The notes beneath the pieces are model-generated. The model searched no databases. It was not told the DNA's origin and saw nothing but the letters and a program-made list of their open reading frames with translations. From Takakia lepidozioides (taxonomy: Eukaryota > Plantae > Bryophyta): a stretch of DNA of 64,000 nt. The stretch is from NCBI GenBank assembly GCA_030704615.1, contig CM060734.1:19158001-19222000 (forward strand), read 5' to 3'. Made by a program: the position numbers and the translations under genes. Positions 25,089 through 37,502 of this stretch are shown here, piece by piece. The stretch's first letter is position 1; every line of letters starts with the position of its first letter.

Positions 25089-25944
25089 CTTCCTTCCTCG
25101 CGTACGTTGATACCTTGCTATCGCAGACCTTCAGTGTAAATCGGTTTACTGATGTCTCCAGAACACAGTTGAAGAATAAGCAAAGAATATGGCGGAGGAA
25201 GCTCAAACGACGACTGTGCATATTCTGTTATTCCTTCCAGATATGCAGTCGTCCATTTTAATTACTTTTCTTGTGGGCCCAGTGGTCAGAGTATCCCTAG
25301 GAGCAATGTCGGCAGCTGTTAAACCGTTAATCAGAACCTCATCAATAAACACAATAACAAGCCGACTTCCTGGAAGCATGCCACAGGATCTGAGGGTGGG
25401 ATTGCAGATTAAGTAAATGTATCTTTATACTTCTACCAATGATCATGCGCACCTGGAAAGTTCAAAATGTGAAACGAACGTGGGGTTGGCTAACAATGAT
25501 GACCGTGTATAATATCCCAAAAATTGTCATCAAACTCTCGTTCATTTACATATATTTGTCTAAGACTGTGCACCAAGATTTCTGGGATTCGCTGTTATTT
25601 TTAAATATTGAAACCGTTCTAATAAAGAACACGCCGTTTATTTTGGGTGACACACGTCAGACATCGATAACTGAATACGAACAGCTGTACACTAATTGCT
25701 AGCATGTGCACTAATAAGGGAACGACTATGTGTAACGGTCACGCGAGAGGGAATCCGATGCTTCTAGAGACAAGCAACAACGCACGCAATCCCACAAGAA
25801 ATCGGGAGTCACTTCGTTTTTCTACTTTTCGCGCTTAGAGGGAGAGTGGTAGTCAAGCTGGAGAGGGTTCCTTCTACAATACGAAAGAGAAGAAAGTCTC
25901 TTTATTTTACTTCCCTTAGAGAGAGACGCAGAGCAAGAGAGCAA

Positions 25945-28900
25945 ATGACGAGGCGTCGTTTGTTGGAGAACACAGGGCCAAGGCAGCAGGTGAACGCGGA
26001 GACTGATTCACAAGAGCAGACCAAGACTGAGTGGCTGTAACACAGTCGGCGATAACAGTGCGCGTTGGAAACCAGCCTGTGGATGCAGAGATGACTCGCA
26101 GGGAAACTGAAGGAGGTGGAAGTACGAGGAACGCTGAACCGGGAGAAGGACCAGAAACCCTAGAGCAGACAGAAATTCCAGCAGATGTGAGAGGGAAGAG
26201 GAAAGCTGCAGAAGGGGATCCAATTTCAAAACCTAAGAAGGCGCCAGTAAGTTTTCTCTAACTTACATTTCATTGTTGAAGATCTGCGTAGAGATTGAGT
26301 GGAATGTCCCAGAAAGGGATTGTTGCTACCGACCATCACCATGAAACAATAGTGATTTGCTTTCTACTCCTCTGTTAAGGGTTTACAGCACAATGAGTGG
26401 GTGACTGACGGTACCATCATTCACTATTGTTCAGATCATACAGTCTGTCTGATTGCCTTTCAAGCAGTCCTTCCTCTTCCCTTCTTTAGTAGGAACATGT
26501 GATTGAAGTCTACTGAATTGCGAGCATCGTTAACGCCATTCGATTCTCCTCATGAGATTTATGTACCTATGTGTTTGAAGAGAGAGTGAGGGTCGGCATA
26601 TTCAGTCATAATGTATTGCAATGCATTTTCTTTGTATGAGGTTGAACAGATAGAGAAGTGGAAAGGCGGTACCGCCAATCAAAGATTTGAAGACCATACT
26701 GTAGATTCAGGTAGAGTATCGATTGGAAAGTACTCTCGACATAGACAAGAAACTGTGAATGCTTGCGACGGTAATCACAATGGAGTCAATCTGAATAATC
26801 TGCACTTAACTGCCCTAAACTATACTGAATGTTGTTGCCGCCAATAACACCGATCTGGCAGGTCCTTGTCTTTTGTGATTGTCGTTAACGCCGTTTGCTC
26901 TCGCTCTCGCTCTCGCTTTTGTTTTGAATTCGGCAAGATCAGCTTTGCTTGTGTAGATGGTTCTGAATTTGTTTCACACCATTCATTGTGAGTTTCGTTG
27001 AGACAGAGTGATGGTCGTTACCGCCGTTCACTATTTGCACATTACTCAGTCAGATTTGAATGGCATCGTGCAGAAAACTTTGAGGTCCAAGCCTAAAGGA
27101 TCAGAGGGGAAAGGATCTGGAGATGGGGACGAGTCTGGAAAAAGCTCAGAGAATAACGATGAAGCAGATGAATCTGAAGTGCACTACCTTGACAAGGTGA
27201 AAGAACTCATGTCATTCCAGAAGGTAAACTCTCAGGAGGGCGTCTGGACATCCCTCTGTACCGGATGATATCTATGCCTGTTGTGCGTCCACCTCTTTCC
27301 CATGACATAACAAAATTGGAGAGTGATTTCGTGCATGGATACAGACTTGGTGCACAAGTTTTTTATGTGTCACTGACGGATATAAATGGGAAAAGCACAT
27401 TAGTGTCTCCAGAGATCAGTGATACCTGGGATGAGTGCTGAAAGATGCCAATGAGGAGTTCGAGCTGGGCCTCATGATGGGAAAGAACACCCAACAATTC
27501 TGCAACCACATGTTCTACGTCTGGGACGGCAACCACCGATTGCTGGCATGGATGGGATACATCCAGAAACACCATGCGAAAGACAAAGACAAGCATGTTG
27601 CTGTGGAGGCAATGGTTTTGGATCTAGGAAACGACATCGCTAGGCTTCTTACAGCTATGCACGACGTGAACAAGTAAGTCATCCTAGAGATTTCATTCCC
27701 TCTGTAGTGTCTTGTTAATCCCAAAAAAACAGTGTTAAGGATTGCAATGTTTCCAATGTTTTTGTAGATCGACAGAGAAATCGCATGTGACAACAAGCTT
27801 CGTCCACACACTATTCCGAATTCAGAGGATTGGTCTGATGAAGCTGGATGATTTTCGGACAGTACTCCCCCCAATATAATCAAGAAGTGCGAAACAGGAA
27901 GAGCTGCAGGCACTTGGTATTTTTTGACTCGAGAGGCGTTTCTGGAGTACATGTATGCGGTAAGCCTGAGTCTGTACTCAGTTTACTTTTCGAATACATG
28001 TTTGTAGTCCCTTTGGTGCTAATCACTATTTGAATCAATGCAGCAAGAACTGGCAGAGGCAGCTGAGAAGGGAAAATCCGAATATTACCGCACTACACCA
28101 GAGGAACTAAGGACATCAAAGGGTGTGGGAGCAGCAATAAAAAAGGAGTTTGAAATGCGAAGAACCAAATTGATGTCCGCCTTCGGAAAGCAACTTAGAA
28201 TAGTAGATCCTGGACTTGGTTCTGAGTTCCTTCAGCAGATCAAATCTCACTATGACAAGCATGTGCATCCGGAGATGCAGCAGGAGAAATTGCACCAGCT
28301 GGCCATATCCATGGTCGACCCACAAACAAAAATAAGGTGGTTGGAGATATGGAACTCAGATCAGACAGTAAAGGACTTGAATCAGTTCCCAAAGAGCACC
28401 ATACAGGCTGGCACAAACGTGGAAGGAATCAGTGATTTGGTATTTGATAATTGGCTCCACAAGGCTACATTTTGGAGTCAGGTGTGTATTCAAATAAGCC
28501 GTTTTCTTTTCTTCAATTATGTGATGAGTATCTTACTTGCAATACTGACAAATATACAATTTGCAGCTCGAAAAGCGCGCTGTCATTGTGCTGGATCAGA
28601 CTTTGAAGGACTTGAACATTTCGATTGTTTCCCCTCCCCAAATGTCATTGGAGGCATACATAAGGAAGTGGAGAGGTCTCACCTGGAGATACTGTTTTTT
28701 CCGGGAGTTCTCCAAAGATGGTAACATTTTACGGTCCAACAACTTTGACAGTCAGGTTGGAGGAGAGTGGGCCATGATGCGAGTTGTGTACAGGTGCAAT
28801 ATCATACTGGAAACTCTACTGCACTTTTTGGGAAATAATTTGGCTTAATAAGGATTGTAATCATAGATCCAAATTGAATGTCGTTGACGACATTCACTTC

Positions 28901-30071
28901 TTTGTCTGAGTCATTCTTAAGCGAGAATTTGAATTCACCTGGATTAGGAGCTTAGGGTGTAATTATAGTGTCCCTGATTAAAATTGATAATGTCCCTGAA
29001 TGGCGTTGACGACATTCACATCCAGAGTTGTTGAGAGGTCCTCAGAGTTATGTAAGTTTTTGTAATGTCCATAGAGTTTACAGTGAGGGTTCCTCACTTC
29101 AGTTTGCTGAATGTCAATGCAGACATTCAGTTGTTCTGCATTGCTTTTGCCTCTTGCGAGAAATCTTGAGGCGTGATTAGCTGTGTTATCAGAGATCCAA
29201 AGTGAATGTCGTTGACGACATTCACTTCTATGTCTGTGTCATTCACCAACGACAATTTGAATTTACATGGATTGGGAGCTAAGGGTGTATTAATTGGTTC
29301 CTTGTTCGTAATTTTGTGAATGGCGTTGACGCCATTCACATCCAGTGTTATTATGAGGTCCTAGTGTTATGTTTGTTATGAATGTCCATTGAGTTTTTGG
29401 GGAGGGTTCCTTACTCGAGTTTCTGATTTCCATCCAATGATTTTGCCTCTTTTGAGAAATCAATAGGCTTGATTAGCAGTGTATTCACAAATCCAAAGTG
29501 AATGTCGTTGACAACATTCACTTCTATGTCTGTGTCATTCCAAAGCGAGAGTTTGCATTCACGTGGATTAGGGTGTATTCACAGTATCATTGAATGGAAT
29601 GTTTTGAATGGCGTTGACGACATTCACATCCGGAGCTGTCGCGTGGTCCTGAAAGGTCCTTGGAGCAGTTCTGAGAGCCATTTCATTCCATGTTTTTTTT
29701 CATTCTGTGCTACTTGCATCTTTCTCACTTCGCGCTTTGGTGGGTAGGGATTTATCTCCTGTTTAACAGGTACACGAAATATGTGCTTATGGAAGGAAAT
29801 CACCTGAGCGGTATTCCAGACTATCTTGACATGTGGTCGGACCCTGCAAACGATCCAACCAGGTATACTGCAGGGATATTGAAGGACTGGAGTCCTTCTC
29901 ACTTCAGAGACTGTGGCTGGTACCTTGACTGCCCACCGGAGCACACGACCTTTCAAGAACAGCATATGAAATATTTGAACAATAATGCTGAGATGCTGGC
30001 GCCTCTGACTGTCGAAGAGTACCAAAGAAACATAGCAACATTGGCTGCCAAGGAGCCTGATGCTCAGGGAA
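25945..30071 (+). pseudogene. N-terminal half (ParB/Srx-like domain + helical region) of the ParB-MTase gene of element I
   Basis: DIPLYRMISMPVVR...FYVWDGNHRLLAW. Exons and intron positions are colinear with 33355-35600 up to GWYLDCP. Several stops and frameshifts. Cut at the inversion breakpoint 30066-30071. Confidence 0.85.
28860..29635. repeat. Three ~300-330-bp intronic repeats, each carrying two copies of the palindrome GAATGTCGT-TG-ACGACATTC or a variant
   Basis: Motif seen near 28876, 28998, 29203, 29318, 29500 and 29606. Confidence 0.88.
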
Positions 30072-30831
30072 CGCCGCAGAGGGACTGTGAACCACGGTCC
30101 GTACGTAGTTTGACCACGGGGGGGAGTTCGTGGATCACTTTTCCATCAAAAGCTCGAGGAAGACACTGAACACGATGCACTGGAATGTGACTATAGTCCA
30201 AGGTAGAAAGCTCTCCTTTTGATCCATTCCTCCGAGCAGTGGCCAAGATACTCAAAATGGACAACACACCAGAAGCCTCCCCTGCTAGTCGTGGAGATGA
30301 AGATAAACCCCTCGCAGATTCGCAACAATCAGACGTGGTGTTGTCCAATGGAGTTTTCCGAGGCTTCATGTCGTGAAGCAAGACCGTATGAGCAGATGAG
30401 GAAGGTTGAGATCCACAAAATACACTCTTAGAAACCTCAACACAATCCGAATTATAAGACCCCAAGCTCGCCGAATCTGCAACCTCCTCCTTCAATTTAC
30501 AACTCCCATTTGTTGCAGCTTGATCGTTCTTTCTTGCAATAGAAGTGTGCCTCTCATCATGTGACTGTGTATAGCTCGTACCTGTGACACGGTACTTGGA
30601 GAAAGTGTCTGGAAACAACTCCCATTGCTTTTGGCCGTCATTGAAAACTGGAAGCAACACTGTGGAGGCATCATCATCTCCATCATCCTCTAAAAAAACT
30701 GAACCCGGAACAAGTTTGAATCTATTGCATAACCAAGGTTATGGGATAATGCACTTGTTTCCATTGCAAGGATAACGAACCACTTTTGCATCAGGTGGAC
30801 ATGAAAGCAATGCATATTTTGGTGTAGACAT
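30066..30831 (-). pseudogene. 5' part of the element II MULE transposase
   Basis: MSTPKYALLSCPP...RFKLVPGSVFLE...KGELSTLDYS...CLPRAFDGKVIHELPP is homologous to the N-termini at 6196 and 25088. It ends just where the 19174 fragment begins. Confidence 0.85.
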
Positions 30832-31489
30832 TTGGCAATGCCCTCAAAGTTTGAGAGAAGATGCAAAATGAATGAAAGCGCACATCTTGCAAGACCTTAT
30901 GCAAATACATTAAATGGCTTACATTACTTATGTGTAACATCAATCCAGAAGGTCCAAATTTTTTGAGGCATGTGCTCCATCCATATTATTCTCTGACATA
31001 AACAATTAAATGGACTACCCCCTATTTTTAAGACGACGGCGCCGTTGTTGAGATCTTAGAATCCAATGTATTGCCTTATTCTTATGAGCATATGAAACAT
31101 AAATGCTCTGCATGTTTCCATTTATTTTACAACCAATCGTTGATTAATCGTCCAACTATGAACTGACACACTAGATGGCACAATTTATTTACAATCAAAT
31201 CGCATGACATGTATGTTGATTTGTTCTTTGATTACTCATGTATGAGTAATGAGTACAAGTATTTGTGGCGACAATTGACTCTAAAACCAATAAATTGATT
31301 AAGACACCCATAACAAAATATTTAGTTACTTTATCACTTACTTTATATTGTATTATGAAGGCGCCGCCACAAAGCAACATGTCAATCGTACAACCATCTT
31401 CTGAGGATCCATGTGTAACCCATGTAGTCCAAAAAGCACTAACGCCAGAGTGTATAACATTTCAGATTTGGCCAATTTGGCCTTTGTAA

Positions 31490-31585
31490 GGCCTTAGCCC
31501 TTTCCCCCCGCTCTCCTTGGCGGGGGCAGGTTTGAACCCGCAACCTAGTGGAAAATACACCACAACCTTACCAACAAGCCATGAT
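31490..31585 (-). mobile_element. tRNA-derived SINE-like sequence
   Basis: Minus strand has an A-box-like TGGCTTGTTGG and a B-box GGTTCAAACC at tRNA-like spacing, but no complete cloverleaf. Confidence 0.55.
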
Positions 31586-31872
31586 CTATTCAATGAAACA
31601 ACCTCTACTTTTTTGTTAATAAATTGTTTCTATTCAGTTAAACTTGTTGCCATTACTACATGACTAACCCGGTATCATTACTACACTAATGTAGTCTAGT
31701 ATACTTGCACATTATCCCTTGCCACTCCCCCAAACAAACACACACAAACTACACAAGCACTTAACACGTCTCTAGTCTCTACACCCTGGAGACTCCCGTT
31801 GCGAAGAGGAGACGGAGGCGCCGCATCTCGGCCTTATACTATACCACCCCGAGGCAACGAGCTGTTGCGGCG

Positions 31873-34800
31873 ATGGGGAGGAAGAAGGACACTCGAGGGA
31901 GAGGCGTTGCTGGTGGTGGTGGTGGTAGAGGCAAGCTGCGGACGGAGAAGGTAAGCTATAGTTTTGTTTTTTTTCATGACCTGCACTTAGGCATATGCGC
32001 CATCGCATAAGCCCCACCAAGCTGCTCCTAATCCAGCACCTCCGCCGGCGCAGATGCCTAAGTCACAACTCTCACAAGTTTGCGAATCTCCACACATACA
32101 CACAACCGTCTCCGCCGGCGGAGACAGCTCATTCCCCTTGGTTTTTCTGATGCTTGGAAGGGCTGGGCTGCCACCTCTGCCGGCGCATACCATTGGAGCT
32201 GGGATGCTCACATGTCTCAGGAAATGCTCCTCTACTCCCATCCCATTTATTTTTTTGCATGCTCATACGTTGCTGATGCTCCGAGCGGGTTGGGTTGGCG
32301 TATCCGCCGGCGCATACCTGTGCAGCAGGGCTGCTCAAATGTTTCAGGAAGTTCTCCCCTTTTCCATCTCCTTTGTTTTTCCGCATGCTCAAAAGTTGCT
32401 GATGCTCCGAGTGGGCTGCGCTGGCATATCCGCCGGCGCATACCCATTGAGTACATTCTTTTTTGCTCAGCTCATAGGTTTCAGGAACCTCCTGCAAGTG
32501 TCTCCGCCGGCGGAGACACTTGGAGCTTGGTTTTTTTTGCATATTCCCTGTGTTACGGAAGCTCCAAAGCGCCAAGGCTGTCACCTCTGTCAACGCAGAC
32601 CCGTGTAGCAGGGCTGCTCACATATTTCAGGAAGTTCTCCCCCCCTTCCATCTCTTTTGTTTCTCCGCATTCTCATAAGTTGTTGATGCTCCGAGCGGGC
32701 TAGGCTGCCATATCCGCCGGCGCATATCCATTGAGCACAATCTTTTTTTGCTTAGCTCCTAGGTTTCAGGAACCTCATGCAAGCATCTCCGCTGGCGGAG
32801 ATGCTTTGTTGTATATTCCTTGTGTTACGTAAGCTCCAAAGTGTCGAGGCTGCCACCTCCGTCGGCGCATACGCTTGGGGAACCTTCCCTATTTTGGTTG
32901 ATCACAGTATTCAAGTATCTCAAAGCTTCTACGTTGTCACCTCCACAACTCCACATGCTTCCATAGGCCTAGTTTGATCTTTCAAGGTGCTCCTGTATGT
33001 TTGGCTACAACCTCCCTTCCATGGTATGCGCCGGCGCATATGCTTGGAGCTCCTTGAGCAAAAATTTCTTCAAGGGCCTCAAATCTGGTCAAATTTTGAG
33101 TTGGTTGCACATATGTGTCATATGCGCCGGCGTAGGTGGTCGGAGGTCCTCTGTCGGGATGCTCAGGCTTGTATTCTGCTCCAATTTGTAAGCTTTGAAA
33201 GACAAGGATATTCATGGAATTAGTTGACTATCCAAATTCATTTGTTTTTTTCATGCAACCATGACACTGAACTGCTCTTTTTACATATTATACATTCACA
33301 CATGTGCTCTTCTCATACACTGACATCTTGAACTGTTTTGGTCTATGGAATTAGGAAATTACTACTACAACTGAAGCTGTGGAGGCCGGGACGCTTGCAA
33401 CCATTATTGACGACATTGATGCAGGGACTTGGGGGGCAGATGAGTATGAAGAGGATACAACATCTAGTGATCCTCTTTCTCTAGATGCCAAACAGACAAT
33501 TATTCTGGAAAAGAAACAAAATCTGAATGTAACTTTCAGGTCCCTCCTCATTGAGGATGGAGTTATGGACATTCCATTGTGTCGCATGATTTCTATGCAG
33601 GTTGTTAGGCTCGCCCTTGCCAACGACATCCTAAAGCTTAGAGGAGACTTCTATTCTGGATACCATCCAGGAGCAGCTGTGTTCTATGTTTCTGTTGAGG
33701 GGATTGATGGATCTACTATAGATGTAGGTCCTGATATCATCTCTACATGGGATAGTCATTGGAAAACAGTCAATGATGAGTTTGAGAAGTATCTTGAGTC
33801 CAAGCCAAAGTTGCATCATCTTCGGGGGAAGACGTTTCATGTCTGGGATGGGAATCATAGGCTTCAAGCATGGTATCCCTATATCAATGAAGTTCATGGG
33901 GCCAACTTGTCAAGACATGTCTGTGTGACAAGTTGGGTGCTCAATGCGGACATTGAAAATCGTGGTTCCCTCAGGTCCATCATGGATGGAGTGAATGTGT
34001 GAGTTTCCTTTCTATTCTTCATTTACTTCCATGTTCAATGTTGTCATGTTCTTGCTCAATGGATGTACATATACACATCTTCTTTCTAATGATCATATTT
34101 TATATGTGCAGGGCAACAGAGAGGGCATATGTTACATCCAAATTTGTGCACTTGGTTTGCAAGGTCAATATGATTGGCCTTACACCTGTCTCTGAATGGA
34201 AGAATGTATTGAGGAAAGAGCAATACGACGAATGCATCAAGAAAGCAGGAAAGACTTGGTATAACCTGACAGTCCATGCAATGACAGAGATTTTGTACAA
34301 GGTAACATCATGTCTTAACCAAGTTTCATTCTTTGCATCCATAGACAAGATTCACCTCTGGTTCATGTTATGAACTGTTTAGGTTATTTTGGCAGCATGA
34401 TATTGTTGAGGCCCAACGCATGGCGGGGGAAGCTTACAAACTTGCTGAGGGGCCAAAGAGTCAAGAGGGCCTTGAAGATACAATGAGACAGGCTGGATTG
34501 AAAGCAAGGGAGCAACACAAGAGTCAGCTTGTGAAGTTGCTTCCTATTGCTGATCCAACCCTTGGAGAGGGGTTTCTCCAAGAACTTAAACTGCATTGGT
34601 CATGTGTAAAGGCAGGATCAGAGGAAATGACCCAAGAGAAAATGGTGAAACATTGCTACCGCCCGGGTGGATCCTGAAGAAAATGTGGAATGGCTACATA
34701 TATGGAATGGAGACCAAACACTTCACGACCGTAATTTTTTTTCCACCCGGGCCTATCAGTGGGCCAACACTTGATCCTTGGCTGAATAGAAGGACTTTTT

Positions 34801-37502
34801 GGTGGTAGGTACATATACAATCACTATCTTCTCAATGCAATTAATTCATTTTGTTGATGACACATTAACATAGTTATTTAACTGACTGTATTTTCTTGCA
34901 GCTTCGCAAGGTCGCCTTGGCTGAGTTTGCCTTGTACACCACTCAGCTTGGCCAATTTCATGTTGCCTTGGAGGAAGGAGAGAGTGAGAGTCTGGGAGAC
35001 TACATGGATACATGGAAGATGACTCATTTCAATGAGTTGTTTCATAGAGAGTTCTCATTGCCAAAGGGGCCATTCAGAGGCAATGGGAACAACAAATAGG
35101 TGGGGAGAAGGTGGTGAGACGGATTTTATTCAGGTACCATCTTTCCATTGCATTGTACATGGATAGTGTATACACCTTGTAAGTCAAAAATGTCTATGCT
35201 TCAAGTATTTTTCTAGTACATTGGGATATACATGTTTCTTAATGTGCTTGTTCAATTGTTGAACAGGTTGCATAAATATTTGTCTCCACAATAACTTTGA
35301 ATGTGTTTGTATTTTAGCTACATGAGATTTGTGCTTGTACCGAGTGATTGACTTAAGGTTGAGCCCAAGTTTCTGATGGCCTGGAAGTTTGGTGCTCAAC
35401 AAGCTTCCATGTACACACCTGCAATTGAGGAAGATTGGGGTGTGGAACACCGGGAAGGGGGGGTTGGTATTTGGATATGCCCAAGGGTACTATCCCCTGT
35501 GTAGAAATGGGACTTCATAAGGAATGTGTTCGCAAGCAGTCAGTGAGTGATGAAGGGGGTTTCTCCACTGAAGTCCCCGTTCTTGATCTGGAGCATGCAG
35601 AATAGATTGCTACACAGGCCGCTGACGCTGTAGCCCAAGTGGTCCCTGCCGTTGTGGGTGTACCAAAACGCAAATCACGAAAAAGAAAAGGTGCGGATGT
35701 CAATGCAGGTGTGGCCCCCAATGCAGGTGTGGCTTCTATTGCTGGTCCTATTGGTAGTTCTTCACATCCTTCAAATCAGTTGGTTGTAGTGCCTGCACCT
35801 ACTACTCGAGGAAACAAGCCAAAGGTAGGCGAACATCCTTACAGTGCAGTGTCATTTTCTGGTGGTGCACCTAGCATGTATTGCATGAAGATCATGCCTA
35901 CTCATTTCATTGATATGGTGGAGGCCTCAAGTACATCTCCTGATGCGACCTTGAAAAAACTCATGGAGTTCTTAAAAAATGTGAGTTTCCCCCAACAAAC
36001 AAACTTGAATGTAAGGAATTCTTCGACGTTCTTATATCCTCATCATCCGGCTATTGACTCCTACATTTTCTGTATGTTGTTTGCAGTTGCCAGGAACTTG
36101 GTCTAGTGTTGTGGATGGAAAAAGCGTGCCTGTGGCTGTGGACATGATCATCGTGGACTGCCCAACAGGAATGCCTGTACAGGGCTGTTTGGATGGTGTA
36201 CAGGTTCCTCCCTGGAATGCTTTTGATAAACGGTATTGGGAGTATGCATTCTCCATTGCTAATGACCTGTTGGATGACAATGGATGCTTGGTGTTCTTGC
36301 AGGGCTCCGATGATTCCTTTGCTTTGGAGCTCTTTTCTTACTCCAAGGGTAGCTCTATTTCCATATTATCAAGGAAATATACTTGCATCAATACCACCCC
36401 TCTACACACTCAGACAGGAAAGGTAAAAATCATCCATCTTCAATATCTCATTGTTTGATGTTTCATCTTCATACTCTCATACATATTATTAAACCATCCG
36501 GGTGCACTGTTTTGTGGAAATGGCACGTCTAACAGACCATGTTCTTCCACGCCCATGTCCTCACCAAGCAAGGAGGACTATTCAAACTGTGTGAGTCTGG
36601 CAAAGTTGTGGACCCCCTTGCAGACCCTGTTGAGTTGGATGCCATCTACAACCACATTCCAGATGTTGCACTACCATGCAAACTCCTCAACAAGCCTGGA
36701 GGGGTGCACGAGACCGTAGTCCCGCCTTCATGCAAGTGTTGTTGGAGACATGCTCACCTCCTGGCTCCCGCATTTTGGATCTCACAGCTGGCACAGGTTT
36801 GCATTGGTCTCCATTTTGTAATTAAAATCTTCTGAGCTGATTCATGATCATTAACTGTTATCCGATATAATATCATCATTGCATGTTTTTTTCCTGCAGG
36901 TTCTACATTTATTGCTGCCCGCGAGTTTGGACGTCACGTATTTGGTCTTGAGGGGGACCAGACGTTGTATGCAGCACATCTCTCTGCACTTCAAAATACT
37001 CAACCCGTTTTGGTTTCATCTGTGGTAACTCCAACCATTCAACGTCCTGTGAGTTTGTTGGAACCCCCCGCTCCTAAGGTGGCGCGCAAGCTTGGTCTTC
37101 ATCTCGGCAGTACTTCCTAGTGAGTATGTCTCGCCTCCATTCCCTTTGTTGCAATCTCTATATTATTTGCAAAGCAAACCATTCCCATTTGACTTGTTAA
37201 CATAAGTATACATATATGTGTGATGCAGTGATGGGATTGTGCGGACCATCTACGATAGTCTACCCCAAAGTCCTCTTTCATCATTTTATCTACCTTCGTA
37301 TGCCGAGTCCCAAGCTTTGCATTCAATACATCAACAACGTGATGTAGGTCTTTCCAATGATCTGTTGTTTGACCGAAGAGCAGCTATTGTTGGACAATCC
37401 GTGGATAGGTTGCGTAGAGTTGAGGCTTTCATGGATGTGTATGCCTCTGAATCACAGGCTTATGATACGGATGATGAAGTATCAGCTGATGATGTTATGT
37501 AG
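31873..37502 (+). pseudogene. Multi-exon ParB/Srx-like + beta-class amino-DNA-methyltransferase-like fusion gene (element II), full length but disrupted
   Basis: Exon 1 (31873-31950) splices in frame to 33355. FHVWDGNHRLQAW, VDMIIVDCPTG, WRGARDRSPAFMQVLLETCSPPGSRILDLTAGTG|STFIAAREFGRHVFGLEGD. GT-AG introns, several stops and frameshifts. Confidence 0.85.
32040..33135. repeat. Degenerate tandem repeats with CGCCGGCG palindromic core in intron 1 of the ParB-MTase gene
   Basis: GTCTCCGCCGGCGGAGAC (32108-32125, ~32500), TATGCGCCGGCGCATA (~33026) and several ccgccggcgcata copies. Confidence 0.85.

Noticed and set aside
17400-30831. Treating 17400-20991 as a separate, internally deleted fourth element
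   Set aside because: Reciprocal breakpoints with inverted microhomology are explained more simply by one inversion joining halves of two elements.
31490-31585. Functional tRNA gene
   Set aside because: A/B boxes are present but no convincing acceptor or anticodon stems.
25945-37502. Bacterial or phage contamination, or a recent horizontal insert, as the source of ParB/MTase
   Set aside because: The genes have multiple conserved spliceosomal introns and are interleaved with plant transposons. Any prokaryotic origin must be ancient.
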